Assembly (NCBI GenBank): GCA_964016885.1
Contig: OZ024741.1
Coordinates: forward strand, 140,058,001 to 140,122,000
DNA length: 64,000 nucleotides
Origin: Eledone cirrhosa
Lineage: Eukaryota
Reading direction: 5' to 3'
Positions 1 through 12,219 of this stretch are shown one piece after another. The notes beneath the pieces were generated by a model. The model saw nothing but the letters and a program-made list of their open reading frames with translations. It was not told where the DNA came from and ran no database searches. The translations under genes and the position numbers were made by a program. Numbering within the stretch: position 1 is the first letter of the stretch; the number at the start of each line of letters is the position of its first letter.

Positions 1-794
1 TATATATATATATATATATATATAGGAAAATGAGGTTTTTCTCTGTATATATATATATATATATATATGAAAAAGTTTGTCCTCATCAGTGGCCTTCCAA
101 CCGTCGTAGGCATTTCGTCGCATTAAAGGCCATATACCTCAGGTTGGTGCGAGCAACGGCTAAACAAAGTCGTTGGGACACATAAATAAAGGGGACGCTA
201 GGGTAAACAAACAAAATGGTTTAAGCAACAGAAAGTGATGAAGAAGAAAGAAACAAGTCCCAGATTTCTCTGAATATAAATTCGGTGGAATCGTGAACGA
301 GAGAATAAAGACCATCAAACCTGGTTGAAATGTGAGCAAGGAAAGAATTTCGCACAGGTCTAACGGGAAGAAGAAGGAGTTTGGTCTGCGAATTCGGTAA
401 ACATAAGTTCTGTGAAGTCGCAGACGAGTGAGAGAGAAGAAAAATTAATACCGGCTTGGCCAAGTGCCCGCGAGAAAAGGATTACGGACAGGTCAAACGG
501 GAAGAAAGAGGAGGAGGAGAGGTAGTGACAGAGAGTGAGTGAGTGAAAGGTGAGGAAGAGGCTGACAGAGGGAGAGAGACTGCTAGATAGGTTAAAGACA
601 CAAAGAACGAAACAGACAGGTGGCAGCGGAGGAAAAAATATATGTGTAAATATGATAATAATGGAGCTGCGGCGCTGCAAATGGGTTACATACATATATA
701 CATATATTAGAAAATGAAGTTTTTTTACAAAATGAAAAGAAACGAGATATCCTACACGAGTGAAAGTATAAGGAAAAAAGATGAAATCAAAAAT

Positions 795-796
<2 letters not shown>

Positions 797-879
<83 letters not shown>

Positions 880-904
880 CACATATATATATATATATAT
901 ATGT

Positions 905-999
<95 letters not shown>

Positions 1000-1004
1000 C
1001 ACAA

Positions 1005-1071
<67 letters not shown>

Positions 1072-1102
1072 TATATATATATATATACACATATATATAT
1101 AT
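797..1102. repeat. (TA)n/(CA)n microsatellite
   Basis: Direct reading. Confidence 0.95.
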
Positions 1103-1190
1103 ATGATGGCTGCCCCCTCGTTATCGAGTATGGCCATTGCACAATAAAAAAAAAAAAAAATAAAAAATAAAAAAATAAAAAAATAAAAAA

Positions 1191-1275
<85 letters not shown>

Positions 1276-1437
1276 AAAGGGAAAAGATATATATATATAT
1301 ATATACACACATATATATACATACATATATATATACACATACACATACACACACACATACATACATATACATACATATATACACACACACATACATACAC
1401 ATACACTCACACATATATACACACATACATTAATAAC

Positions 1438-1477
<40 letters not shown>

Positions 1478-4400
1478 GCAATAATAATAATAACGACAAC
1501 AACAATAATAATATACATATTCATATATATATACACACACACGCACGCACATAAGCATATCTACACACACACACACACAAACACACGATAGCAACTAACA
1601 GTGCTGCGATCGAATGTGGCTTTTTAGCCCAGCCAATGATCTAAAATGTCTTGCACAGAGTCGGCAACCAAAACATTTACTGGGAATAGTCGGCTGTGGT
1701 TGGAGTTCGTGTACTCTTGCATGTCGCTTGAGTCCTCCTGCTGATTTACATTCTCTACCACATGTTTGGCAAGCATGATGAGTAGCATCTCCAACAGCAG
1801 CCTGGTAGTCAACCACTGGTCTTACTTTATGACTGCGAAGATGACTTTCGAGTCCAGCTTTGCTTAGGCAGAGTCTCGCACAGACGCTGCATGTCAGAAA
1901 CATAGGAGGACCCTCGCCGTCTGGAAGTGCAACAGCAATACCCTTCCTCACGTCCCGCTTTACTTTCTCGTGTGCGATTCGAGATGCCTCAAAGGCAACT
2001 TTTCCCTCATATACAGTCTTTCTCCATTTATTACGATCAGCAGCAATATTTTCCCATGTATCAGCAGAGATGTTAGCGTCTCTCAGAGAGGCTTTCAAGG
2101 AATCCTTATACCTCTTTTTTGGTTTATGTGGCGGTCGTTTTCCTTTAACCAACTCTCCATAGAAGAGTTGTTTTGGTATTCTAGAATCTTTCATCCTGGC
2201 AAGGTGACCACTCCAACGGAGTCGCTGCTTAAGCACAAGAGCTTCTATACTGTCACACATAGAGCTTTCCAAAATCTCGACATCACTGATGTGGTCCCTC
2301 CAGTGAACGCCATGTATCCGTCTGAGACACATCTGATGGAAACGCTCCAATTGCTTAAGGTGGCGTCGATATGTGACCCAGGTCTCGCAGGCATAAAGAA
2401 GACAAGAGAGTACACATGCCCTGTACACCCTTACCTTTGTCCTCCTGCATATGTCTCGCCGACCCCAGAGTCGCCTTTCTAGCTTTCCGAAAGCATCACT
2501 TGCTTTCCTAATCCTAAGTGAGATTTCACTGTCAAGGTTGCCGTATCGATTGACAGTGCTTCCCAGGTAGACAAACTGATCAACCACTCCAAGTCGTCTG
2601 CCATACACATAGATGTTTGGTTCAGTGTACTGCCTACCAGGTGCAGGTTGGTACATGACGACGGTTTTCTTGAGACTGACAGTCAAACCCAGGGCAGTGC
2701 AAGCGTCAGAAAATACATTCAAAATGTGCTGCATATCACTCTCTGTGTGCGCTACAAGATCGCAATCATCTGCATACAAGAGGTCTCTTATGACTGATGT
2801 AAATACTTTTGTCTTCGCAGCAAAGCGCCTGATGTTAAATATGCTGCCTGAGGCTCGATATCGGATGTAAACACCATGCTCGCAATTCCTGAATGCAACA
2901 CAGAAAACCATTGCAAAGTATATGGCAAACAGGGTCGGTGCTGGAATATCCCCCTGTTTCACTCCATTTTTTACTGAGATAGGCTCCGACATGTTACCTC
3001 CGACATTAACCCAAGCCTTCATGTCGTCATGGAAAGACCTAACTAAAGCAAGGAACTTATCAGGGCAACCAAGTTTCTGGAGAACCTTCCATAATGCATC
3101 TCTGTTGACAGTATCGAAAGCCTTTGTCAGATCGACAAAAACCTGATACAGATCCAAGCCCTGTTCAATGCACTTCTCCTGGAGCTGTCTAGCTGAGAAG
3201 ATCATATCAGTAGTGCCGCGTCCAACACGAAAACCAGATTGACTTTCAGGAAGGACACAATCTGCAATGTGTGTCAGCAGACGGTCCAGAAGCACCCTAC
3301 ATAAAACCTTCCCCACGACAGAAAGCAATGATATACCTCTGTAGTTCCCACAATCATTCCTGTTACCCTTTCCCTTGTACAAGACCACCATTACTGCATC
3401 TCTCCAGTCCTCAGGCACGGATTCATTAGCCCATATCCCTCCAAACAGAGAGTGAAGATGTTGCAGGAGTCTCTCACCACCATATTGTAGGAGCTCAGCA
3501 TGTATGCCATCCATACCTGGAGATCTTCCACTGTTCAGCTTCGAAATAGCCACTGCAACCTCCACAAGTGTCGGAGGTTCTGCGAGAGCCACTTTCACAG
3601 GACTTTCCGGAATGAGATTGAGGAAATCTTCACTGACGACAGACGGCTGATTCAAAAGATCATCAAAGTGCTCTCGCCACCTTCGTAGAATTCCCTGTGA
3701 GTCACGAAGAAGTTCTTTGCCATCCTTGCTGCGAATCGGTGTCACCAGAGAAGAAGACGGTCCATAAACCTCACGCAAGAGACTGTACAACAGCTTTGTG
3801 TTATTGCAATCAGACGCAGTTTGTATCTCACCAGCCTTCTCACTCCACCACTGATCCTTCATCTGAGAAAGACTCCGCCTAACACGTGATTTTACATCCC
3901 TGAGCTCCTCATGCAACGTATTCCTCTCCTGTGGTTTTGCCGTCAAGTAGCGTGACAGAGCGCGCCTCTTATCAGCCAACAAGTCATCTATATGCACATC
4001 TTTCTCATCAAACCAGTCCTGATGTTTTCTCTGCACCAATCCCAGAACACGTCTGCCTACATCATAAACCGACTTTTTAAGGGTCGGCCAATCCTCACCA
4101 AGATCTGCAGCCTGCATCTCTTCTTCCAATGTCCTCTTCACATTTTTATCCTTAAGACGAGCAGCATTCAATCTTTTGGGCAGGGTAACACCAGGAGCCC
4201 GGATTTTACGTTTGGTGATTAGATTCACTTTTGCGCGTACCAGGCGGTGGTCCGTCCAGCACTCAGCTCCACGAAGAACACGAACACACCGCACATCCTG
4301 TCTGTCACGCATCCTGACTAGGACGTAGTCCAAAAGATGCCATTCCTTAGATGCAGGATGCATCCATGTGGTCTTGAATTTGTTCTTTTGTTGGAACATG

Positions 4401-5179
4401 GTGTTGGTAACACACAGATCCAGCTCCTCACACATCTGCAGCAAGAGCATACCATTGCTGTTACACTTTCCCACCCCATGCCTTCCGATTACATTCCATG
4501 TGTTAAAATCCCTACCCACTCTAGCATTAAAGTCACCAAGCACGATGACTTTGTCTGCCTGAGGGATATTTCTTAAAACACCTTTCAAGGCATGGTAAAA
4601 GGACAGTTTTTCTTCATCGACAGAATTCATAGTTGGAGCATACACACTCACCAGGGTAGCATATCTTCCCTTGTCCAGCGGAACTCTCATGGACATAAGA
4701 CGCTCACTAATCCCCACTGGGAATTCTTCCAATTTATTCACCAGTACAGTCTTAACAGCAAATCCTACCCCAGCCTCTCTTCTGGTTCCTTCATCTCTTC
4801 CTTTCCAGAAGAATGTATATTCTCCACAAAATTCCGTAAGATGACCATCTCCAGCTAACCTCGTCTCAGACAAAGCCACGATGTCAAGATCGTAACGTCG
4901 AAGCTCCTTTGCAACAAGAGCGGTCCTTCGTTCAGGACGCTCCAAAGAATCCCCGTCAAGCAGCGTCCGTACGTTCCAGCAGCCAAGACTAAATGCCCTG
5001 TTTGGCTCTATTACAATGGCACGATGACGGGCGGGCCCAGGTTGTGATAACTTGGGGCCCCTGTCCTTATTGCCAATGATCTTTTTTGTTCCAGAACCCA
5101 AATTGGCAATCATCTCGTTTACATTGTTCTGGAACATCATTGAATTGGAAAAAAAAAAAAAAAAAAAAAAGTAATAATA

Positions 5180-5214
<35 letters not shown>

Positions 5215-5517
5215 ACACTATTAATAATTATTAATGCACTCGTGCAATGCCTGTGCGTGACGAATATTTTTAAAGTGAGGAAAGACTGTGCACTGAACCA
5301 ATCCCACTCTCTGAGCGACAGTAGCTATAACCCGAAAAGAAGAAAAGATCAACATCATCGGTAACTACTGAGCCGCAGGTTTTATATCGGAGTTAACCCA
5401 GTTTCCTGAGATGCCTTCTCCTAGAAGAATACCCTGACATGGGCTAGGGGTTCTTCACTCCCAGTGGTTTAACTGCGCGATCGGGCATCCAGCCCGATTA
5501 TTTCTATGTCCCCGCGC
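1103..5517 (-). mobile_element. Near full-length RTE-clade non-LTR retrotransposon (LINE)
   Basis: Single intact ORF. Structured 5' UTR at ~5240-5517. The 3' terminal motif ...CTCGATAACGAGGGGCAGCCATCAT (minus strand, 1142-1103) ends like the second RTE copy (GCAGCCATCAT at 13513-13523). The 5' boundary is uncertain. Confidence 0.85.
1595..5140 (-). CDS. RTE LINE polyprotein: APE endonuclease + reverse transcriptase + 3 C-terminal C2H2 zinc fingers (1181 aa)
   Basis: APE motifs GCWNVRTL, ALSETR, GDFNARVG, LLDYVL, TDHRLV. RT motifs NYRGISLLS, QSGFR, FVDLTKAFDTV, GVKQG, LYADD, YLGS. Fingers CSVC..HLRSH, CQTC..HARVH, CRLC..HIRSQH. No stops. Confidence 0.97.
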   Translation of the reverse strand: MMFQNNVNEMIANLGSGTKKIIGNKDRGPKLSQPGPARHRAIVIEPNRAFSLGCWNVRTLLDGDSLERPERRTALVAKELRRYDLDIVALSETRLAGDGHLTEFCGEYTFFWKGRDEGTRREAGVGFAVKTVLVNKLEEFPVGISERLMSMRVPLDKGRYATLVSVYAPTMNSVDEEKLSFYHALKGVLRNIPQADKVIVLGDFNARVGRDFNTWNVIGRHGVGKCNSNGMLLLQMCEELDLCVTNTMFQQKNKFKTTWMHPASKEWHLLDYVLVRMRDRQDVRCVRVLRGAECWTDHRLVRAKVNLITKRKIRAPGVTLPKRLNAARLKDKNVKRTLEEEMQAADLGEDWPTLKKSVYDVGRRVLGLVQRKHQDWFDEKDVHIDDLLADKRRALSRYLTAKPQERNTLHEELRDVKSRVRRSLSQMKDQWWSEKAGEIQTASDCNNTKLLYSLLREVYGPSSSLVTPIRSKDGKELLRDSQGILRRWREHFDDLLNQPSVVSEDFLNLIPESPVKVALAEPPTLVEVAVAISKLNSGRSPGMDGIHAELLQYGGERLLQHLHSLFGGIWANESVPEDWRDAVMVVLYKGKGNRNDCGNYRGISLLSVVGKVLCRVLLDRLLTHIADCVLPESQSGFRVGRGTTDMIFSARQLQEKCIEQGLDLYQVFVDLTKAFDTVNRDALWKVLQKLGCPDKFLALVRSFHDDMKAWVNVGGNMSEPISVKNGVKQGDIPAPTLFAIYFAMVFCVAFRNCEHGVYIRYRASGSIFNIRRFAAKTKVFTSVIRDLLYADDCDLVAHTESDMQHILNVFSDACTALGLTVSLKKTVVMYQPAPGRQYTEPNIYVYGRRLGVVDQFVYLGSTVNRYGNLDSEISLRIRKASDAFGKLERRLWGRRDICRRTKVRVYRACVLSCLLYACETWVTYRRHLKQLERFHQMCLRRIHGVHWRDHISDVEILESSMCDSIEALVLKQRLRWSGHLARMKDSRIPKQLFYGELVKGKRPPHKPKKRYKDSLKASLRDANISADTWENIAADRNKWRKTVYEGKVAFEASRIAHEKVKRDVRKGIAVALPDGEGPPMFLTCSVCARLCLSKAGLESHLRSHKVRPVVDYQAAVGDATHHACQTCGRECKSAGGLKRHARVHELQPQPTIPSKCFGCRLCARHFRSLAGLKSHIRSQHC

Positions 5518-5989
5518 AAAAAAAAAAAAAAAAAAAAAAAAAAAATTACTTATTGACACTTATACGTACGACATACACACACACGCATACTTATGCGTGC
5601 ACACAGCAACACTCATACATACAACAAACACACACACACACGCTACTCTACTCACTTACACGCACACACACACATATATATATATATATTACCGTCATTA
5701 CTGATACAAGATTACCAGATTATGTCAACTGTTGACTTTCAAGAGTTTGTATAGTTGAAGCCGATCGTATTACAGTCCAGTATTACTATAATTGCTTTAC
5801 AGCATAGAGTTATGGCTCTCCACGGAGTCAACAAAAGAGAGTACCAGTGATGCGCTGGCCAGTCGCTGGATCCGTGCCAAAAGCAGAAAAATTATTATTA
5901 AAGTTGTTCTTAAGGCCAGGTCGCTGGTGATGGTGATGGCGACGGCGGTGGCGGTGGTGGTGGTGGTGGCAGTTGATGTTGTTGTTCTG

Positions 5990-6034
<45 letters not shown>

Positions 6035-6719
6035 GTTATTTTGAGTTTTTTTTTTTTTCCTTTCTTTTTTTTTTTTTTTTTTTTTTCCCCTTCCCTTTTC
6101 TTTTTTCTTTTCCCTTCCTTTTTTTATGTTTTGATGCCGCTGTTGCTGTTGTTGTTGTAATTGTTGTAAATGTTCATTTCAGTTCATTCTGAAGCTGTTG
6201 TTGCTGTAAACATTAGTGCCGGTGTTGTTGTTGTTGTAGATGTTGGGGTTGAAATCTGGTTGTTTGACTGAGTGATGTATATACACACATATACATACAC
6301 ACACATATATATATATACATTCATCAGAGAGTAGAGAGTTTGACAACAGGTCGATGACTTTAGTCTCGATAGGGTATGGTATGGTAATGACATGTGATGG
6401 TGGGGAGAGAGTGTAGACGTTATTGTGGTGGTGTGGACAGTGAGATGTATCTAGTTCATTTGACCGTTTTCTTCTCTTAGCAAAATTTGAATTCTAGCCA
6501 TGTTATATTGAGATGTAAGTAAATGTAAAATATAAATAAGGATTGCTCTGCTAAAATATACTAAAATATTTGTGTAACTTCCACAAACTTCTGTCGTGAC
6601 ATTCCCGAGTCCAGTAACAAACAAATTGTTGTATTTTGATGTTTCAGAATACAAAAATTAATTAAAAACTTACCCCACGAAGAGACAGCGTGTGTTGTCC
6701 TATCTATAAGCTCCCTCAT

Positions 6720-7368
<649 letters not shown>

Positions 7369-8062
7369 TAATATCATTTTTATTTTATATGCGTATATAT
7401 ATATATACGCATATAAAATAAAAATGATATTAACACATAAAATGTGTCAAACTACATAATTTATTTACGGCCATAACCGGATATGTCAGAACATATATAT
7501 TTATATTTCAACGTTAATTTTCCTTCACCAGAATCTTATGTGTTCTTTGTTGCAGTTTATGATTTGATTTGATTTCTAAATATCCATGCGAAGAAATATT
7601 GTCATATTTCTAAATGTTTAATTATTTTATATAATAGAGAGTATTACGTCCAAAGTTTGACTTTTGTTTGGGAGAATGGTGTAGAAAAGGCACTGCAGTT
7701 GGGGCATGCAGGAGGAGATTTGTTGATGATGATGCAGGTTGGTATATTTTAGAAACTACAGGTGTTGTGTTTAGCAGAGTCGACCGGAGTACAGACAGCT
7801 AAAACAACTGGGAAGCAGCAGAGAGCACCTCAATAATGTACCCCTGCAAAGAACGGAGGTAACTAGTGTTTATTATATTGTATGACTGCTGGCTGAGATA
7901 TGAACCACGTTGGCCGAAACAACTGGATTATAGTGTGTGTTGCAAGCCCCCCTGAAATACCCATGTCTACAGAATTGAACACTTATGATATATCCATGAA
8001 CATGCATCTGTGCATGCATATATATACATTCATACATATATAGTATATAGTATATATATATG

Positions 8063-8155
<93 letters not shown>

Positions 8156-8519
8156 TGATGAGCAGAACAAACAAACATTAAACAATCCTTTAAATAAATT
8201 AAAAAATAATTTAAAAAATAATTTAAATATTTACAATGCTATTACCGGCGGTTTCCATCCACAAAAGATTGGAAATTCGGAGAATTTCCAACGGAAAGTA
8301 GATTTCTTCAGATAGCTATTTCCATTCTATAGGACATTTGTCCCACGGTCAGCAAATATAATGCTAACTACCAGCACGTATGGGCTATAGCCGTTAAAGT
8401 GACCCGTACGTGACCTGGCCACTAGAGCAAGCGGGAATATTATAGACTTGTTGATGGCTTGGCTGCTAAAAAAATAGCAGTAAGCAACAACGAATTTTTT
8501 CTCTACATAGATTGGAGAA

Positions 8520-8867
8520 TATATAAAAATGAGGTAAATATCTCATTGAGCACTAAGTACACACTGAGATATATAGGGTGTCTACAATATAATTGTTGTT
8601 CTATGGTACTAATTCGAGATACCAGTACTATAAAAATTGATGAGCAGAACAAACAAACATTAAACAATCCGCCGGTAATAGCATTATGAACAGGTAAATA
8701 TTTAAATTATTTTTTAATTTATTTAAAGGATTGTTTAATGTTTGTTTGTTCTGCTCATCAATGTTTATAGTTCTGGTATCTCGAATTAGTACCATAGAAC
8801 AACAATTATATTGTAGACACCCTATATATCTCAGTGTGTACTTAGTGCTCAATGAGATATTTACCTC

Positions 8868-8878
<11 letters not shown>
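8520..8878. repeat. ~150-bp inverted repeat with a third partial copy at 8151-8251
   Basis: 8520-8670 is the reverse complement of 8728-8878. The spacer 8671-8727 largely matches the reverse complement of 8189-8249. Confidence 0.9.
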
Positions 8879-8905
<27 letters not shown>

Positions 8906-10001
8906 GTATGGGGTTAACCGAACAGGGATGTGGTCTCTCGGTTGTTAAGCAGATAAAAAGAAGCGCTCAACGACCCGTATAAATGCTGCACGTCGGAGTG
9001 TTATATATTATAAAAAAATCTGAGGCCATAATCAGTTGATTCAGATTTATTTAAAACTCTGTTATACATATTTCACTGAGTACTATCAGTTTTTTCAGAA
9101 CTGTCGAAAAATTCTATGTATCACATTCGCATGACAATCTGTTCTACATTCTAAAATATTCACCGCGATGATATTTTATTCAGTTGACTGGGAAAACATC
9201 GAATCTGATATAACATTGAAAATACGGGAGTGAAACTGAACATATATAAATAGCACAAGACAATGATCTCAAGGCACAGCGGAAGACTTAATCATAGAGA
9301 ATAATATAAAAATCTCAAAAAATAGTTATATATCGTGTCAGATTTTCAGCAAATAACAACAATTTAAAGAAAAACATATATTGACATTTCATCGTGGAAT
9401 TAAACAGTATTCACTGACATGTTACAGAATGCATGCCATATTTCGTAACGGCTCACCTTATTTAGCAGCCATTATCTTAATAGAAACCAGAGTCAAAACT
9501 CACATATCACTATGCCTCGTTCTTAATTCCTTATGAGATTATTCTCTTATAGATCTCGACGCACCCTCGTGGACTAACATTGTATATAATTGTTTTATTT
9601 TATTGTGAATATTTATCACCTCTGAATACTTTCATTAGGAAGATCCGAGTGAATCAACCTATAATCTTGGATGTAAAATATTCTCCCTTCTATATGTTTC
9701 ACATAACGACAAGCAAACACACTCAAAAAGATATAACGGGACTGAATGTACATTTTCGGATTGCAACCACTCCATAACGACTATATTTTAATAGTTAATT
9801 TATATATTAAATAATTTAAAATAAATTCACATTTTTAGGGCTCCATCAGGGTTTTAGGGTTACAAATAAAGGAAAAGAATATTCATATACTTTCTTCTAG
9901 TTAGAAAATTACCATAGAAAGTTAACATATCTAAGTTTCTTATTCATATATGTATATATAACTGTGTACAATTGTCTCCCGTGTTTTGATTGTTCATTTT
10001 C

Positions 10002-10041
<40 letters not shown>

Positions 10042-10399
10042 CGTTTCTGAATTTGTTTAGCAATATTCTTTATCTGAAAACGTGTGTTGAAACCGATATT
10101 TTTATATAAACGTTTGAATATGTATAATAAAGCCAAAACAATGCAGGTATGGACATAGAAAAAGAATGCAATTGCAAAAGATATTGTTGACAAATTGTCT
10201 TTTACCTTAGATTTATTTAAATGTCCTTAATTTTCGAGATAATATCTCTTCTTGAGAGGGAAATAAAGGTCTCAAACCAGCCTTCTAAATATCTTGCCAA
10301 GCCATGCTGACAGGAAATAGTATAGAGTATCTGTTCTATCTCTAATGTCAAAGAGTTAAAATTAGATGGATAAAGAGTAGTCTCCCTTTAAAAGGGGTT

Positions 10400-11330
10400 T
10401 GTTTAGTTTTTTTTTATATACATGCCTGTTTAAGTGTGTGGGAGAATGCATGAAGGTGTAAGTATGTGAGTGTGTGTGTGTGTGTGAGTGTGAGAAGATA
10501 AGTCTATTCGTAAATGTGGGGGATAGGTGTTATTTGGTGTTAGAACTGGTTTCGTGTGTGTATGTGTCAGAGAGAATAAGTGGAGGTGTAAGCGCGTGTG
10601 TGGGGTGTGTAAATATGGGGCTAGAAGCCCTATCAGGTTATAAATTGGGTGTTGAGTTCTAGTCTATTATTGATTGATGGTTGTGTTTTATCTATAATTA
10701 GAGCTTCCTTAATTCAAAGATTGCCGAGGTTTCTTTCCTTAGTTTCTATCCTAACTGTTATGGTTTTGTCGGTGTTTTTGCATTTAACTAGGTGTTTCTT
10801 AAATGAGGAAGCGTTAGTATTGAGGTGTTCTTTCATTCTTATGTGGAGTGGTCTGGTGGTGCTACCTACGTAGAAGTTGTTGCATTTGTCACACTCTAGT
10901 CTGTATACGACGTGCTTTGGGAGGGTCATGTTACCAATAAAAAACACACGCACCAGTTGCTTTCACTTCAATTTATTATAAATTAAATTCATAAATTTAG
11001 GAATTTATAAATTTCCGGTTGGCTGGTTGGTTCCACAACCAGACGATTGTTCATATATTGTCAAAGTTCTTTCGTCACACATTTTGTAACCTCTTCAGTG
11101 ACTTGAATTATTTTCTTTGTTTTTGCGCCTCTCTTTGTTCTGTCCTACGCCATCTTGTTTTTGTGTGTGTTGTGTGCTTAGTTTGCGCATGTATATATAT
11201 ATTAAAATACAGATTAAAGTTTAAGCAAAGAATCGCTGCTTTCACTCTTAACGGGATCTGAAACTAAAAATATATATTTATCCTTTTCGAGCCCTCTTTG
11301 GATTTTAGTCTTCAAATTCATTATTATTAC
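10400..11330 (-). mobile_element. Penelope-like element fragment: GIY-YIG endonuclease C-terminus plus pseudo-LTR
   Basis: ORF 10714-10953 reads VVYRLECDKCNNFYVGSTTRPLHIRMKEH...KKH (GIY-YIG with CCHH). The adjacent pLTR carries a hammerhead motif and matches ~47690-47850. Confidence 0.8.
11060..11102 (-). ncRNA. Type I minimal hammerhead ribozyme motif (family A)
   Basis: GUCA-CUGAAGA-G-GUUACA aaaug UGUGAC-GAAA-GAAC-UU-UGAC. One extra G precedes stem II, and stem III is very short. Confidence 0.6.
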
Positions 11331-11642
11331 TATATATATATATATATTTATATATATAAAAGAAAATTTCGCTATACATGGCTGAATACAATCTGAGTTT
11401 TTCGAATATTAATAATAACATTCGATTCGTTTGCAATTAAGCAAACAAGCCTCAATTGTATAGCCATGTCAGTAGAATGAACACTTCATTATTGCTCACA
11501 TGTTGGCATGCAAACAGAACTGCAGACACTAATGTTTCTTGGTATCACCCTTCATCAGTACAGCTCACTGTTCAGCTGCCAAACTGTCAGAGCTAGTGAA
11601 AATAGAGGCTATTTTCAAAAATACACAGTGACTGATCGGCCT

Positions 11643-11737
11643 GATTTGCATATTAGCAGACTGGCTTACCAGTCAGATCTGCATATTAGCAGATCCACTG
11701 ATCAGCCAGATTTGCATATCAGCAGACTGGCCAGTCA
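11643..11737. repeat. 33-bp tandem repeat, ~3 copies
   Basis: GAT(T/C)TGCATAT(T/C)AGCAGA at 11643, 11676 and 11709. Confidence 0.8.
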
Positions 11738-11745
11738 GTTTCCTG

Positions 11746-11801
<56 letters not shown>

Positions 11802-11910
11802 AATAAAAATATACCCGGACCCGCTGTAAACGGTGGTAAAATCCAATATGAGGTTTTTCCAATTCAGGTATTGTGTGCTTAAACAAATCAGGTACTGTGT
11901 GCTTAAACAA

Positions 11911-12098
11911 ATAATTGTTTCTACATTTGGCACAAGGCCAGCAATTATCCCAGTGTATTACTGGTAATTTATTTTATCGACCCCATAAGGATGAAAGGCA
12001 AAGTTAATCTCGGCCGGATTTGAACTCAGTCCGTAAAGGGACGTAACTGTGCTGTAAAGCACGGCGTCCGACCCTCTACCGATACTGCCAATCCACCG
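11911..12098 (-). mobile_element. tRNA-derived SINE (family 1)
   Basis: Minus strand has A-box-like TGGCAGTATCGG and B-box GAGTTCAAATCC, ending GTAGAAACAATTAT. Five copies in the window. Confidence 0.88.
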
Positions 12099-12219
12099 AA
12101 TGTTAATCTTTTGGTATGAGGATCGAACAAGGATGTCACTTTTTCAACAGGCATTTACTTCTATGCAAAGCTAAGGAACTGACCGTTATATATATATATA
12201 TATATTTATAATATATATA

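Noticed and set aside
71-170. CTGATGAG and GAAA on the minus strand, possible hammerhead in a PLE-like fragment
   Set aside because: No consistent stems II and III could be built, and the motif is cut off by (TA)n
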